From positions 147,746,001 through 147,810,000 of the forward strand of contig NC_043000.1 of assembly GCF_006345805.1 (NCBI RefSeq): DNA of 64,000 nucleotides, in the 5' to 3' direction. Source of the DNA: Octopus sinensis. Taxonomy: Eukaryota. Below the pieces are notes generated by a model that saw nothing but the letters and a program-made list of their open reading frames with translations, did not search any database and had not been told where the DNA came from. Numbering within the stretch: position 1 is the stretch's first letter; the number at the start of each line of letters is the position of its first letter. Shown in pieces: positions 50,101 to 62,653 of the stretch. The position numbers and the translations under genes were made by a program.

Positions 50101-52973
50101 TAACGGGGACGTAAACACACCAGCATTGGTTGTCAAGTAATGCTAGGGAGACAAACACAGACACACACACTTATATATATACACATATATACGACAGGCT
50201 TCTTTCAGTTTCCGTCTACCAAATCCACTCACAAGGCATTGGTCGGCCCGGGGCTATAGCAGAAGACACTTGCCCCAAGTTGCCACGCAGTGGGACTGAA
50301 CCCGGAACCATGTGGTTGGTTAGCTTGCTACTTACCACACAGCCACTCCTGCGCCTATATGGTAATTATTGGAGACAATTCTGGATATGTTAAGGTATTA
50401 CGAGACCTCCTCAGTAAAGCATAGCTGATAGTGGCTTAAAAGCACTTAAAAGCTGTTTGAAACTGACAATAACAGGAGGAAAGAGGTGGGTTAATATTTC
50501 TCTTGAAGGTGTTTGCTACAAAATATGCAAATGTAAATATATGTTGAGTTAACATTGCTGAATCACCAGCATGGATTGTTGTAAATTGTAACGTATGTAA
50601 ACATGTTTACAGTGTCAAATTCTTGAAGCTCTTTCCTCCCCTTTGGAGAAAAGCTATGGACTCTGACCAGACAGAATGGCTTCTACTGTTTAAAATACTC
50701 CAATTTGCTCTACTTTATTAATTTGAAGAGATAAGAGCTAATCGTATCAAACTGTTTATTTATTTTTTCTTTCTTGACTTAACAACATTTACATGAATCA
50801 TCATCATCATCATCATCATCATTATCAAGGCAGCAAGTTGGCAGAATCGTTAGCATGCCTGGCGAAATGTTTTGTGATATTTCACTTGTCTTCACGTTTT
50901 GAGTTCTAATCCTTTAGGGTTGATAAAATAAGTACCTATTTCATTATTACCCACAAGGGGCTAAACATAGAGGGGACAAACAAGGACAGACAAACGGATT
51001 AAGTCGATTATATAGATTCCCAGTGCGTAACTGGTACTTAATTTATCGACCCCGAAAGGATGAAAGGCAAAGTGGACCTCGGCAGAATTTGAACTCAGAA
51101 CGTAACAGCAGACGAAATACTGCTAATTTGAAATCATCATCATCATCATTATTATTATTGTTGTTGTTGTTCTTTTCAGGGTCAATAAATTAATTGACTA
51201 TACCCTTCTCCCAAATTTCAGGCCTTGTGCCTATAATAGAAAGGATTATTATTGTCGTTGTTGTTATTACAATAACAATAATAGTGATTTTTTTCACTTT
51301 GACAGAAGGCTACAAATTTGTTGGGAAGGAGAGAGTTGACTAAATTGGACCCCCCCCCCAATCCCCCAGTATAACACTGATACTTAAATCCATAGGATGA
51401 GAAGCACTGTCAGCTCTGATAGGATTTAAACTCAGAGCATGGGGTTGGGCAGACAGGGAGATAAATTTTGAGGGTGAGTCTAGTCAACTATATCAACACT
51501 GGAAATTCTCTGGTATTTATTTTATCAATCCTGAAAAGATGAACTGCAGAAGACCCTGGCAGGCTTTGAACTTCTAAAATAAAGGGACATAACTAAACAC
51601 TGCAAGGAATTTTGTCCTCCTCTCTACTAATTCTGGTGTTTACTCCTAAAAATAATAATTCTTTCTATTATAGGCACAAGGCCTGAAATTTGTAAGGAGT
51701 GGTATTTATTTCATTGATCCCGAAAGGACGAAAGGCAAAGTCAACCTTGGCAGAATTTGAACTCAGAATGTAAAGGGGGACAAAATTCTGTGAAGCATTT
51801 TACCCAGCATGCTAATGATTCTGCTAGTTCACCACCTTAATAACTATTATAATAATAATAATAATAATTTCTAGCTTCAGCTTTGAGCCATCAGTTTTTG
51901 GAAAGGAGATAGTGAATAGAATTGACCGCACCACCTAGGGGTGAAAGGCAGAGTTGAGACTGGCATGATTTGAACTTAGAGCATAGTGGAATACAAGTAA
52001 ATACCAAAAGCATTTACTCTGGCATTATTACGATTCTTTTGTATTAAGAAATTGTGCATTATCTCTACCTCAGCCCACTTGGTGTACCCACCTGTTACCC
52101 TCCCTGTTAACCCTACAGTATGTCATTCCCTGACCAATTTTCCTTTCTTTGATCTGCTAACTTCTCCGCTTCCCTTCCTACTTGCATATTTTCCTTTAAG
52201 TACCAAGTTTTCTATAAGTGCACAAGTTCAAGCTGAACATCCATTGGAATCTTCAATGTCACCATTTGGCAAGAATTTTTCTCTTAACATTTTTATAAGT
52301 TAAACAAGGAGTAGCAGTGCTTATTGGTTGTGTCATGGCCTTTGTAGTGATCTCTTAAATAGGAGAAATGATTTAGTTAAGGGATGCCTTGTCTAAGTAG
52401 CTTCAGGAAATAATGTGACCTGGGAAGCTGACTAGGGATCTAGATTGAATGCTTGCTATAGAATGAACTTCTTTAACCCTTTCATTACTGTATTTATTTT
52501 GAGATGTTCTGTGTTTCTTTCAATTACTTTAAATATAACAAAGAATTTAGTAAAATAACTTAGTTATCATTCAGCTAGTGTTAGGAACATAAATTGTGAC
52601 TAAGGTTTGGTGTAAGATTTTAATTGAAACCTTAAGAAAACAAGACATTTGTACAACAGAGCCAGAGACGGTTTCAGCCGGGTTGGTAACAAAAGGGTTA
52701 AAGGTACTCAAGAATTAGGTGATTGTGGTTGGTGGGGCAAATCAAGTGTCATGTTAGAGTTAAGGAAAATTTTCTCCTACTTGGAAATGAAAGCAATTTT
52801 ACGTTGCTTTTATTTTTTAAGATCAAATCAATTCATAGTTTTCCTATGTACATAAAACAAAAGTTTAAAAAAAATTATATATTGATTAAAACAATTCATA
52901 AAACTAATTCAAGGTTTTGCTCTAGTTTTTGTTTGTTTGTCTGATTGCGCTGTTTATTTTGTTTTCTTTTCAG

Positions 52974-53063
52974 TTGTCATTGTTTGATAACCCTATGACA
53001 TATAGGTCAGATCACAGATCAAAGTCGGTTGGCCACATATCACCTTTAGTCAATGGAGATGGG
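52974..53063 (+). CDS. STK11IP: STK11IP coding exon 8 (LSLFDNPMTYRSDHRSKSVGHISPLVNGDG)
   Basis: cttttcag| ... GGG|gtaaga; 90 nt; last LRR and cap (LxLxxNP). Confidence 0.9.
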
Positions 53064-54611
53064 GTAAGAACTGACGTCTTTATTAAAGTTTTAACACACT
53101 TGCTTTCTATCTCTTCTTCTTTCTCTCTCTCTCTCTTTCTCTCTCCCTCTCTCTCACAACATCATCATCATCATCATCTGTTTTCCATGTTGGCTTGGGT
53201 TGGATGGTACGACAGAATCCAATGAGCTACAGGGCTGGCTGCATCAGGCTCCAATGTTGACTTTGGCACAGTTTCTACAGCTGGATGCACTTCTTAATGC
53301 CAACCACTTTACAGTGTGTACTGGGTGCTTATTCATGGCACCAGCGTTAGTGAGGTCACCAAGTAACTTGAAAATCAAAGAAAAGAAAAGAAAAAGCCCT
53401 CTTGGCTGAGAGGGAATATATTTGAGAGATGAGGAAGTTGCTTATGCCAGGTGTGGAACGCTAGAGTATCATAGATGGACTAGCACATGTGTCTTGTTAC
53501 AGAGGAGTTACATTGTTACTCCATATTATTTGAGGGCGGATGAGAGTAGTTGGAAGGAAGATAATGGTGTACTGGAGCATGCTATGTAGACTGTGGACCA
53601 AGGTGGCAGGAAAGGGTGGGCAATTTTATAAGACTGTGAGAGGAAAGTGATATATATTAATTTTTACAATGAAAAGGATGACTGGATTAGGAAGCTGAAA
53701 CTTCTGTTGAATGTTAAATTGTTTTATGACAAAAAAGAAAAACACAACAATATACATACATATGTATATATATATTTTAAAAAAAACATTCAAGCAAGGT
53801 TGTTGCCAGTGCCACTGGACTGGCTCCTGTGCAGGTGGCACGTAAAAAACACCATTTGAGCGTGGCCATTGCGAGTATTCCCTGACTGGCCCTCGTGCCA
53901 GTGGCACTTAAAAACACCCACTACGCTCTCGGAGTGGTTGGTGTTAGGAAGGGCATCCAGCAGTAGAAACTCTGCCAGTTCAGATTGGAACCTGGTGCAG
54001 CCATCTGGTTCGCCAGTTCTCAGTCAAATTGGCCAACCCATGCTAGCATAGAAAGCAGACGTTAAATAATGGTGATGATGATATATATATGTGTATATAT
54101 ATATATATATACATATAATGAATAAAACTTTTTTGGTAGTGTACAGAAAGTATACTAGTAGTATACTGAGTATGTAAAATTTATTACAGTTTACATAGGA
54201 AATCTCAACAAATAACTTCTAATTTAAAACCTCATTACAAGTTCTTTTTGACAAATGAATATTTTGTATGTATAGTGGTTCACCTTATTTTTTAGCTTAT
54301 TTTCTTCCACACCCTTCATTATCCACTTTGCCTAACTAAAAGAAATCATGCAGAACTAATACTGTAATCAATATACCTCTGACATAATAATTAGGTTGTA
54401 AAAAAATGTAAATACTTTATTGTTTAAGGGACGAAGTGATTCAGTTTTTTTATATTTTACCAAATGGACCATTTCTATTGATTATTTGAAAGTCTTGAAA
54501 TATTGAATATATTTGATATATTGAATCTCAATTTTTTTTTTCCTTTCAATGAAATTTTAGATCTACTTCCTCTATTGAGTTAATTAAATTCATTTCTCAA
54601 TTGCTTTACAG

Positions 54612-54653
54612 ATTGTTTTAGATGGTAAAAATCTGAATGTAACAGAACTGAAG
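54612..54653 (+). CDS. STK11IP: STK11IP coding exon 9 (IVLDGKNLNVTELK)
   Basis: tttacag| ... AAG|gtaatt; 42 nt; matches the LLDGK motif of STK11IP. Confidence 0.85.
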
Positions 54654-55849
54654 GTAATTACAAATAAATTTTTAATGACTTATACAAGTGGTTTTGTGTG
54701 CAAGTGTTGTTTTATACATACATAGACACACATAGCAACAATAATAATGAGTATCAACTGCATATATATTCACAAACTTGTTGAATCACTTTCCAACTTT
54801 TTAGTTTTTATAAACAATTGCAGTGTGGAAGGTGTTTATAAGCCTTTTAAGAAACACAAAATCCATTAGATTCACTTCAACATTTAAATTTAATTTGTCA
54901 AAATATTTTCGTTGCTTTCAGACTGTGACCTGTTCACTGACAAAATTAAATTTAAATTTTGAAGTGATTCTAACGGATTTTGTGTGTTTCTTAAATGGCT
55001 TATAACCACCTTCCATGCTGCAATTGTTTTTGTTCCAGCACACGATCTCAGATCAGGTCACTTGCTATGCAAGTACATCTCCATAGTTTTTATAAACTTA
55101 TTCAACCCATATACAAACTTTAAAAAAATTGATGACAGTCATTGCAGTGGTAGTGACAGTAATTGTAAAAATTGCTTATTTTTAATGATTATAAACTTTA
55201 AATGAGTAAGTACCATGCCATTTCAATTCTGATATTAAATTATTTTACTTATGCTGCTAATTCCCCCTGGAATGGTATAAGCAAATCAACGAACTATTTT
55301 CTCTCAACTAAAAATGAGAGCTCTTATATTTCAAAAGAAGGTAATAATATTTCATTTAACAACTACTTTTGAGTGAGTTGTTTTTTCAAAAATATTAAAA
55401 TTCCCAGAAACAGCCAATCTATGTTTTATAAGGAGTGATAAGTTTATATAACTATAGGTTAACAAGTGTGGAAAAGTGGATTGGTCTGTGCAATATCCTG
55501 TTTAGTAAATTATGGATTTTTGTGTTATTGTAGCTGCTTCACCCAATGCTCCAACAGAAAAAGGATGAACTAAGACAGACTATTTTATTCTAAATAGTAA
55601 CTTAAGAGATATAGTTGAAGAGTGTTGTTTCTTAAGGAGTTTTAAAATATTTTGCTAATCAGGGGATAGTGGAGATGAAGTCAACATGCTTGTTGATGGT
55701 AATGGTAGTGAGATTGCTGTGTGTTTGATGATAAATTTGAAACTCTTTGTGATTTTGTTATTGATATTTATTTATGTATATTATATTCTAATTTATTGTA
55801 TTTTCTGAAAACAAAAAAATAATAATTGTAATAATTATAATTATTTCAG

Positions 55850-56075
55850 ACAGTAAAAAGGAACAAAATTACCAAAACAGCTTCATTTTACTTCCGACCT
55901 CACCTGGAAACTCCCTTGACTGAAATTGAACCTAATAAGATGGAGCTAGAAGAGAAAAATGATGAAAACCTTGTTGAACGTATAAAGTGCCGAAAAATCC
56001 CTGTAAAGAGACCCAAACGAAAACGTAATTGTGCTAATGGTGATAATTTATCAACATACAGCATGGGATCAAGAG
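55850..56075 (+). CDS. STK11IP: STK11IP coding exon 10 (TVKRNKITKTASFYFRPHLETPL...KCRKIPVKRPKRKRNCANGDNLSTYSMGSR)
   Basis: atttcag| ... G|gtataa; 226 nt open; phase 0 to 1, fitting exon 11. Confidence 0.8.
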
Positions 56076-56346
56076 GTATAATTTATTGTATGTCTGTGTC
56101 TCTTTCTCTCTCTCTCTCAGCTAAGTCCAAACCCTACAAGTCCAAATCCTGTTTCACCAACTACTAGATATGGTAATCGTTGTTAAGCCCTTTGACACGA
56201 GGCAGTGTGTCAACAAGAACGAGAAATGATCTCTTGCCAAAAACATGAAACAGCCATTTCAGAGAAGCAAATTTTGAAACTCATCTTTCGCAATATGAAG
56301 TTGATTACGATCTGTGGGTAACCACAAGGAGTCTCCCTTCTTGGCT

Positions 56347-56399
<53 letters not shown>

Positions 56400-56403
<4 letters not shown>

Positions 56404-56640
56404 AATAATTCATAATTAAGGGCAAACGGAAAAATTTCTAATGCCAGATATGCCGAAAAATTGGACATATTGTCCATTAACCATATAATTTTTTCACAAT
56501 AAGCACGCTACTTGAAAAAAGGTCAACAGAATTTCTAAAAAATTATATGGTTAATGAACAATATGAACAATATGTCCAATTTTTCGGCATGTCTGGCATT
56601 AGAAATTTTTTCGTTTGCTCTTAATTATGAATTGTTTATA
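56400..56640. mobile_element. Fold-back element / MITE with ~94-bp inverted arms, abutting (TA)n
   Basis: 56400-56494 is mirrored at about 56537-56640 with a few mismatches and a 9-nt duplication (AACAATATG). Confidence 0.7.
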
Positions 56641-57399
56641 GATTTAACCTTTAAAGGTATTTTTTGATATGCTGGCCATTGATAAAATTTTTTTTCGAAA
56701 AAAAAATTTTATCCTTCATTAGATATATATATATGTATGTATGTATGTATGTGTGTGTATATATATATGTATATATATATCCAGCACAGAACCTCTGAAA
56801 ATGAGATACCAATATCTCAGCATTGTCCAAGCTTCATTAGGTTTCCTACGAGGAAAACCCAGTGATACCCAAGTAAGCTATCCCAACAAACTATGAATCC
56901 ACAAACACTTTCCACTTTACTAAAATGGGTAAGTTAGAATGATGAGACTAAAGTATAAGAAATCCACAATTGAGCATAAGATAAATGTATTCCTATCATC
57001 AGCTGCCGAAATGGATATCACTGTGGTTTTGACACCTAGACTGTACCATTCCATATGGTGTTGTCCACAACATTAAAATCATAAACACTGCTTGGGAATT
57101 AGGAATCCAGTAGTTTATTACTTCAAGTAACAACATAACAGTAAAGAAATAGTAATAACTTATAACTGTAAAATGGTACTTACAACAAAGAACTAATTCC
57201 AAAATGGACATTCAGATAATAGAACATAGCCAAGTAGATACTTTACTTCTCAATTAACATCACATCACAAACAAGCCTAATAATGAGTAATGGAACAGTA
57301 CACCTTGTAAACAATGTCCTTGGGTTAATGTGCAAGGAAAAGGACAAGCTTAGATCAATATCTATGAAACAAATTCAATACTACAAAATATATATGCCT

Positions 57400-58010
57400 A
57401 ATACTTTTACATAATATGTTTTACAAATAAAAACAAAATTCCCAGACACTTTATCCACTGATACAATAAGATACTTATCGAGTAAATCTCTAATGTATTC
57501 GTTAACCTCAGGTTTACTTAAAACTGATTAGTTTTCTATTGAGCTGTACATCCTTCTAATATATCTCAGTATCCTAGTTATTCTATTCCACCAGTTTTGA
57601 AATTCCTCTAGTCCAACCCTATACTTAAGACTTAACTATAAAATTGCTAATTAATTTTAAAATAACCTCCTCTAACCTATGCTCACTAAACCGTCAAAGT
57701 TTTTTTATAATTCATTCTTTGTATCATAATTCTTTTCAGATCCTCATTTTGAATAATATCCAATTTCCAGTATACACATGCCCAACTTCACTAAAACAAA
57801 ATTCAGACTTATTGCAGTCACATGTTCCTAAGTAAATGCTACTGAAACTTTCTTGGTTAACGTCCTTAAAAAACTTACTGTAGTTAAATAATATATTACC
57901 TATATTCAGATCTAGTCTGTAGCTAATACTTACATGTTTAATATCAACCAGCAAAGTTCCTGTGTCCTCATATTTAATTATTGCATTTAAACAGTAGATA
58001 TCATCAAAGG
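57400..58010 (-). mobile_element. Penelope-like element ORF remnant
   Basis: GTCDCNKSEFCFSEVGHVYTG(frameshift)DIIQNEDLKRIM and VLSKPEVNEYIRDLLDKYLIVSVDKVSGNFVFICK resemble the CxC...GH..TG and 'V.DKA.NN..F.CK' motifs upstream of the PLE RT. Confidence 0.6.
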
Positions 58011-58031
58011 ATCTGCTATATATATATACAT

Positions 58032-58104
<73 letters not shown>
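57996..58104. repeat. (TA)n/(TACA)n microsatellite (representative of dozens of TA, TG, TACA, TAG, ATT and GAT tracts)
   Basis: Directly visible simple repeats, e.g. also 6140-6245, 6618-6666, 13290-13490, 24150-24380, 29580-29695. Confidence 0.95.
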
Positions 58105-58108
<4 letters not shown>

Positions 58109-59819
58109 ATTAGAGGTTGAAATAGCCTCACTAAGGGATAATAATATCCAATGAATTCCTGGTTCATTGCCTAGTATTTTTTGTGAATAGTAATATTCAT
58201 AAAATAGTAGGTCTAAATATATATCTAGGTTTATAAATATTCAAAAGAAAATTTAGAAAATGGAGAGATGTAGCATTAATATAATTTATTAACTGCAAAA
58301 ATCCAACACATTCTCTTAAAGATGTTTCAGTTTAGCCTAAAGATTAAATTAGAATAATTAAATCATTGTATTAGACAAAATTTCATTAGAAGGGTAGAAA
58401 AAAATACACCGTTAGGTTATTAGGTGTTGCGTTTTCAAATCATCTCAGCAGAAGATATATATATATCTTCGTCATTGTTTGATATCCATTCTGCTGTCTG
58501 TTTTGGCATGGTTTCTATAGCTTAACGCCCTTCCTAACACCAATCACTTTATAAATTGTACTGGGTGCTTTTTACATGGCGCCACTAGCAGTGAGGTCAC
58601 CAAGTAGCTTGTTGTGCAAAACTCCTCAATTGGGGTGGGGGAATAGTATTGAGGGACAGAAAAGGTTCTCACATTTGAAGTGAGACGTGGCTACCTCAGA
58701 TGGAGAGAGAGAAAGAGGGGAGAGACAGACAGTGAAGATGTTCTGGGGAGGGGTCAGGGGCCGTACACCCGAGTTACAGGGTGGTGTATATAGGATTGGA
58801 GAGGGTGGCTAGATGGGTGAGCTCACAAGATTTTGAAAGGAGCATAGGAACTAGAGGTGATGGGAAGGGAAAGGATTCCCCTGTGCCTCTAGTTTCCGCT
58901 CTTCTTTTGAAATCTTTGAACTCCTCCACATTCCTACTCTCTTCAACCGATCCCTGGTCCATTTCACTAATTATATTTATATATAAATATATATGTACGA
59001 GGTGGGTGCTGAAAAGCTTTGGGTAGAAGAAAATGCAGGCGGATCAGTTAATTATGATTTTATTCAACATATTCTCCTCTCAGTCACACAGTTATTGCAG
59101 CAGTCCTTCAGTTTTTCTAAGCCCTGTAAAAGAACTCAGAAGGTTGGGGCCCCAACCAGGCCTCTCACAATACCCTTAAAGCCAGGAACTTTTCAGCACC
59201 CCCTCGTATACACACACACACACACACACACACGTGTATATATATCCATACAAATTTTTTATAAACACACAGACACAAGTGATGATGGCTACTGCTACTT
59301 CTAATTTTAATGTCCATCTTCATTTGACTATCAGATATAACATTTCATTGTATTTGACTGTCTTTTTATGCTTTGAATTCAAATCCCGTACAAGTCTACT
59401 TTGCTTTTCATTGTTCTGAGATCAATAAATGAAGAATGATAATCAATGCAATCAACTGTATCTTAGAATGTATATGTTCATGTTTTTCTTGGATATACTG
59501 ATCTGGAGAAAGCTTTCAATAGGATTACATTTGAATTAGTGACAAGTTGTCATTGAGAGAGTTAAGGGTGGAAGGATACTTGGTTAGAGTAGTGATGATG
59601 ATGATGTGTGAAAGAGAACACTGCTGTAAGGATGAAAGACAGCAACAGGGATTAGTTTAAAGTGAAGATTGATATTAAAGGTGTCTTTATTTGTAGTTGT
59701 GATAGAGTAAAGGAGAATTTACTGAGGATGTTGCTGTATGCAAATGATCTGGTATTAATTTCAAAGAGTATGAATGGATTAACGGAAAATAGGAATAAGC
59801 AGAAGGAATGTATGAGATA

Positions 59820-60140
59820 AAAAATAATAATGAAATTATTGTATATAGTGCCCAGGTGCACTACAGCTCATCAAAGGTGCATGTACAGTACATAGAATTA
59901 TGTACAAAAGTCAGGAAAGTGACTGTGTATAAGCCATGATGTACATGTGTATGGAGTGGGGGAATATCAGGTGTAGTGTTGGCAAATTTCAGGAAGCATG
60001 GAGGTTTTAAAGGATGCAATGTCTCGGCAACTGACAATTGATGCAGGTAGTTTATTCCATGCTCCAGCAACTTTGAGTGTGAAAAAATGTTTCCAAAAAT
60101 CATGGGAGCTGTGCTGTTTCCTGACTTTGATATGAAGGTG
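59820..60140 (-). mobile_element. Older CR1 3'-end fragment
   Basis: Diverged copy of the end of the adjacent CR1 (FSHSKLLEHGINYL...; tail GTGCACCTGGGCACTATATACAATAATTTCATTATT). Confidence 0.75.
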
Positions 60141-60150
60141 AATGACAAAG

Positions 60151-60159
<9 letters not shown>

Positions 60160-60184
<25 letters not shown>

Positions 60185-61295
60185 TTGTGTACAGTGCTCA
60201 GGTGCACTACAACTCATCTAAAGTGTATATATAATCAGGTGTAGTTTCGGCGGATTTCGGAAAGCATGAGGGCCTTAAAAGATGCAGTGTCATGGCAGTC
60301 AACAACTGACGCAGGCAGTTTATTCCATGCTTCAGCAACTCTGAGCGTGAAAAAATGTTTCCGAAAGTCATGGGAGCTGTATTGTTTTCTGACTTTGTAG
60401 GCATGTCCACGTGTGTTAGACACATGGAGATCAAAAAGGTGTTCAGTGTTGCTGTTGGTGAGGTGGTTGATAACTTTGTGGGTGTTTACCAAGTCCGTCG
60501 CCAAACGCCGGAGCTTCAGTGAATCCATGCCCAGGGAAACAAGGCGCTCAGAATATGGTAGGTGTCTGATGGAGGGTATGCGTTTGGTTGCACGTCTCTG
60601 GACAGATTCCAGGAGGTCAATGTTCTGTGCAAGATAGGGGTTCCAAACTGATGATGCGAATTCCAAGTGTGGTCGTACCATAGCTGTATACAGTTTTAAA
60701 TAGATGGCTGGAGAGCGGCTAACAAAAGACCTGCTGAGTGATGCCAAGACACCCTCGGCCTTCCTGACAATCTTAGAGATATGCTTTGACCAACGCAAAT
60801 CACTGCTGACACTGATGCCTAGGTCACGCTCGCAAGAGGATTTCTTGATATCAGTGTTGTGGAGGGAGTAAGTGAACGCAGGGTTTTTTCTCCCAAAATG
60901 CATGGTGATACACTTGTCCACAGCCAGTTTCAGTTGCCAGTCTGTGATCCATTGCTGCATTGTGTCTAGGTCTGATTGCAGGAAAGAGTTGTAGACATCA
61001 GGATCTGTCCTCTTGATTTCAAGGTACAGCTTGATGTCGTCTGCATATTTCAATACTGTGGCATTCTTTAAGTTGGCATCTATGTCGTTAATGTATGCCA
61101 CAAACAAGAGGGGACCAAGGACAGATCCCTGTGGTACACCCGATGACATCTCATATGGTGTAGAGTGCTGTCCTAGAACTGTGACTACCTCCTTTCGGCT
61201 GAGGATGAAGGATTTCAACCAGTTAAAAAGGTCATCCCCCACACCCATTGCAGAGAGTTTCACCATAAGTATGTGGTAAAGAATGTGGTGAGGTA
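60160..61295 (-). mobile_element. 5'-truncated CR1-clade LINE with open RT C-terminal frame (antisense in STK11IP intron 10)
   Basis: SGVPQGSVLGPLLFVAYINDI...LKYADDIKLY...VRPHLEFASSVWNPY...LESVQRRATKRIP...HFFTLRVAEAWNKLP; stop at 60235; 3' stem-loop GTGC-ACCTGA-GCAC; (ATT)n tail. Confidence 0.93.
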
Positions 61296-61846
61296 CCCCT
61301 GTGTAGTGTGCAGGAATGGTGTTGGAGTGAATTCTGTTGAATCTACAATATGCATTGAATGGGTCATCAAAAGTATAGTAGTGAGAGAAAGATTTAACTA
61401 ATGTGGTTGCTACATATAAGTATAAAGCGTGTCTGAGCTTTAGAGGGAGGGGAGTTTGAGATGGATCTTTGAAATATGAAGATGGATGGTGTGGAAACAT
61501 TTTGTTACCAAGGAAAAATATTGAACAGAAGTGGCTTTTGTTTGGTGGTAGTAGCTTGTGTGAGGTGTACATAGGAACAGTTCCAGGAAGCAAGTAGGAT
61601 GTTAACTAGGAGAGAAGTGTTACTGAATGTGAAGGGTATGCTGTATGTGTAAGAAGTGCCATGACTTATGGATGCAAGACATGGGTTATGAATGGAACCT
61701 TGCAGATAAAGAATGAAAATAAGAATAGCTTAGTGGTTGTGGTGCACCTGAGCACTGTATACAATAATTTCATTATTATTATTATTATTATTATGAATTG
61801 AGTACTAATGAGAGAGAAGAAAACAGCGCCACCCCGACTGGCTTCC

Positions 61847-62110
61847 GTGCCGGTGGCACGTAAAAAGCACCATCCGATCGTGGCCATTGCCAGCCTCGCC
61901 TGGCCTCCGTGCCAGTGGAACATAAAAAGCACTATTCGATCGTGGATGTTTGCCAGCCTCGCCTGGCCTCCGTGCCAGTGGCACATAAAAAGCACCATCT
62001 GATCGTGGCCATTGCCAGCCTCGCCTGGCCCCCATGCTGGTGGCACGTAAAAAGCACCATCCGACCGTGGCCGTTTGCCAGCCTCGTCTGGCACCTGTGC
62101 TGGTGGCACG
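61847..62110 (+). repeat. Tandem array of four-plus 62-63-nt structured units inside a family-D element
   Basis: Units start at 61847, 61909, 61972, 62034 and 62097; each has hairpins GTGCC-GGT-GGCAC and GCCAG-CCTCGC-CTGGC. Confidence 0.9.
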
Positions 62111-62653
62111 TAAAAAGCACCCACTACACTCATGGAGTGGTTGGCGTTAGGAAGGGCATCCAGCCGTAGAAACATTACCAAATCAGACTGGAGCCTGGTG
62201 CAGCCTTCTGGCTTCCCAGACCCCAGTTGAACCGTCCAACCCATGCCAGCATGGAAAGCGGACGCTAAATGATGATGATGATGATGAGAATAGAGCTAGT
62301 GATATGAAGAGAAACTAGATGAATGACTAAATCATGATCTGAAGAAGAATGAAAGTAACTGAGTGAGGAAAGTGAGGGAAATGAATGGGAAAGTAAGTAG
62401 ATGATGGGGATGCGGAAAGATACAGTTAAACATGGTGGAGGTGGGGGGATGGGAAGAACAAGGAAATGTGGAATGTCAGTCCATTGTAGGGTACCAATTT
62501 ACAGATGAGTGGACGAGACTAATGTGATATAAAGTGTTTTTGTACAAGAACACAACACACTGCCAGTCTGGGAATCAAAACCATGATCTTGTGATCATGA
62601 TGCTATGCTCCTTCATGCACACACACACACACACACATGTATATATGTATGTA

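Noticed and set aside
55850-55853. Tandem acceptor (cagACAG) at exon 10
   Set aside because: The second AG is 4 nt downstream and would frameshift; not a productive NAGNAG.
60235-61593. 452-aa ORF as a host gene or complete RT
   Set aside because: Only ~61295-60235 is CR1 RT. The N-terminal ~100 aa is chance read-through into unrelated flanking DNA, and the endonuclease and RT N-terminus are absent.
61847-62110. CRISPR array
   Set aside because: The 'spacers' are near-identical, the context is a eukaryotic RTE 3' UTR with many dispersed copies, and no cas genes are present.
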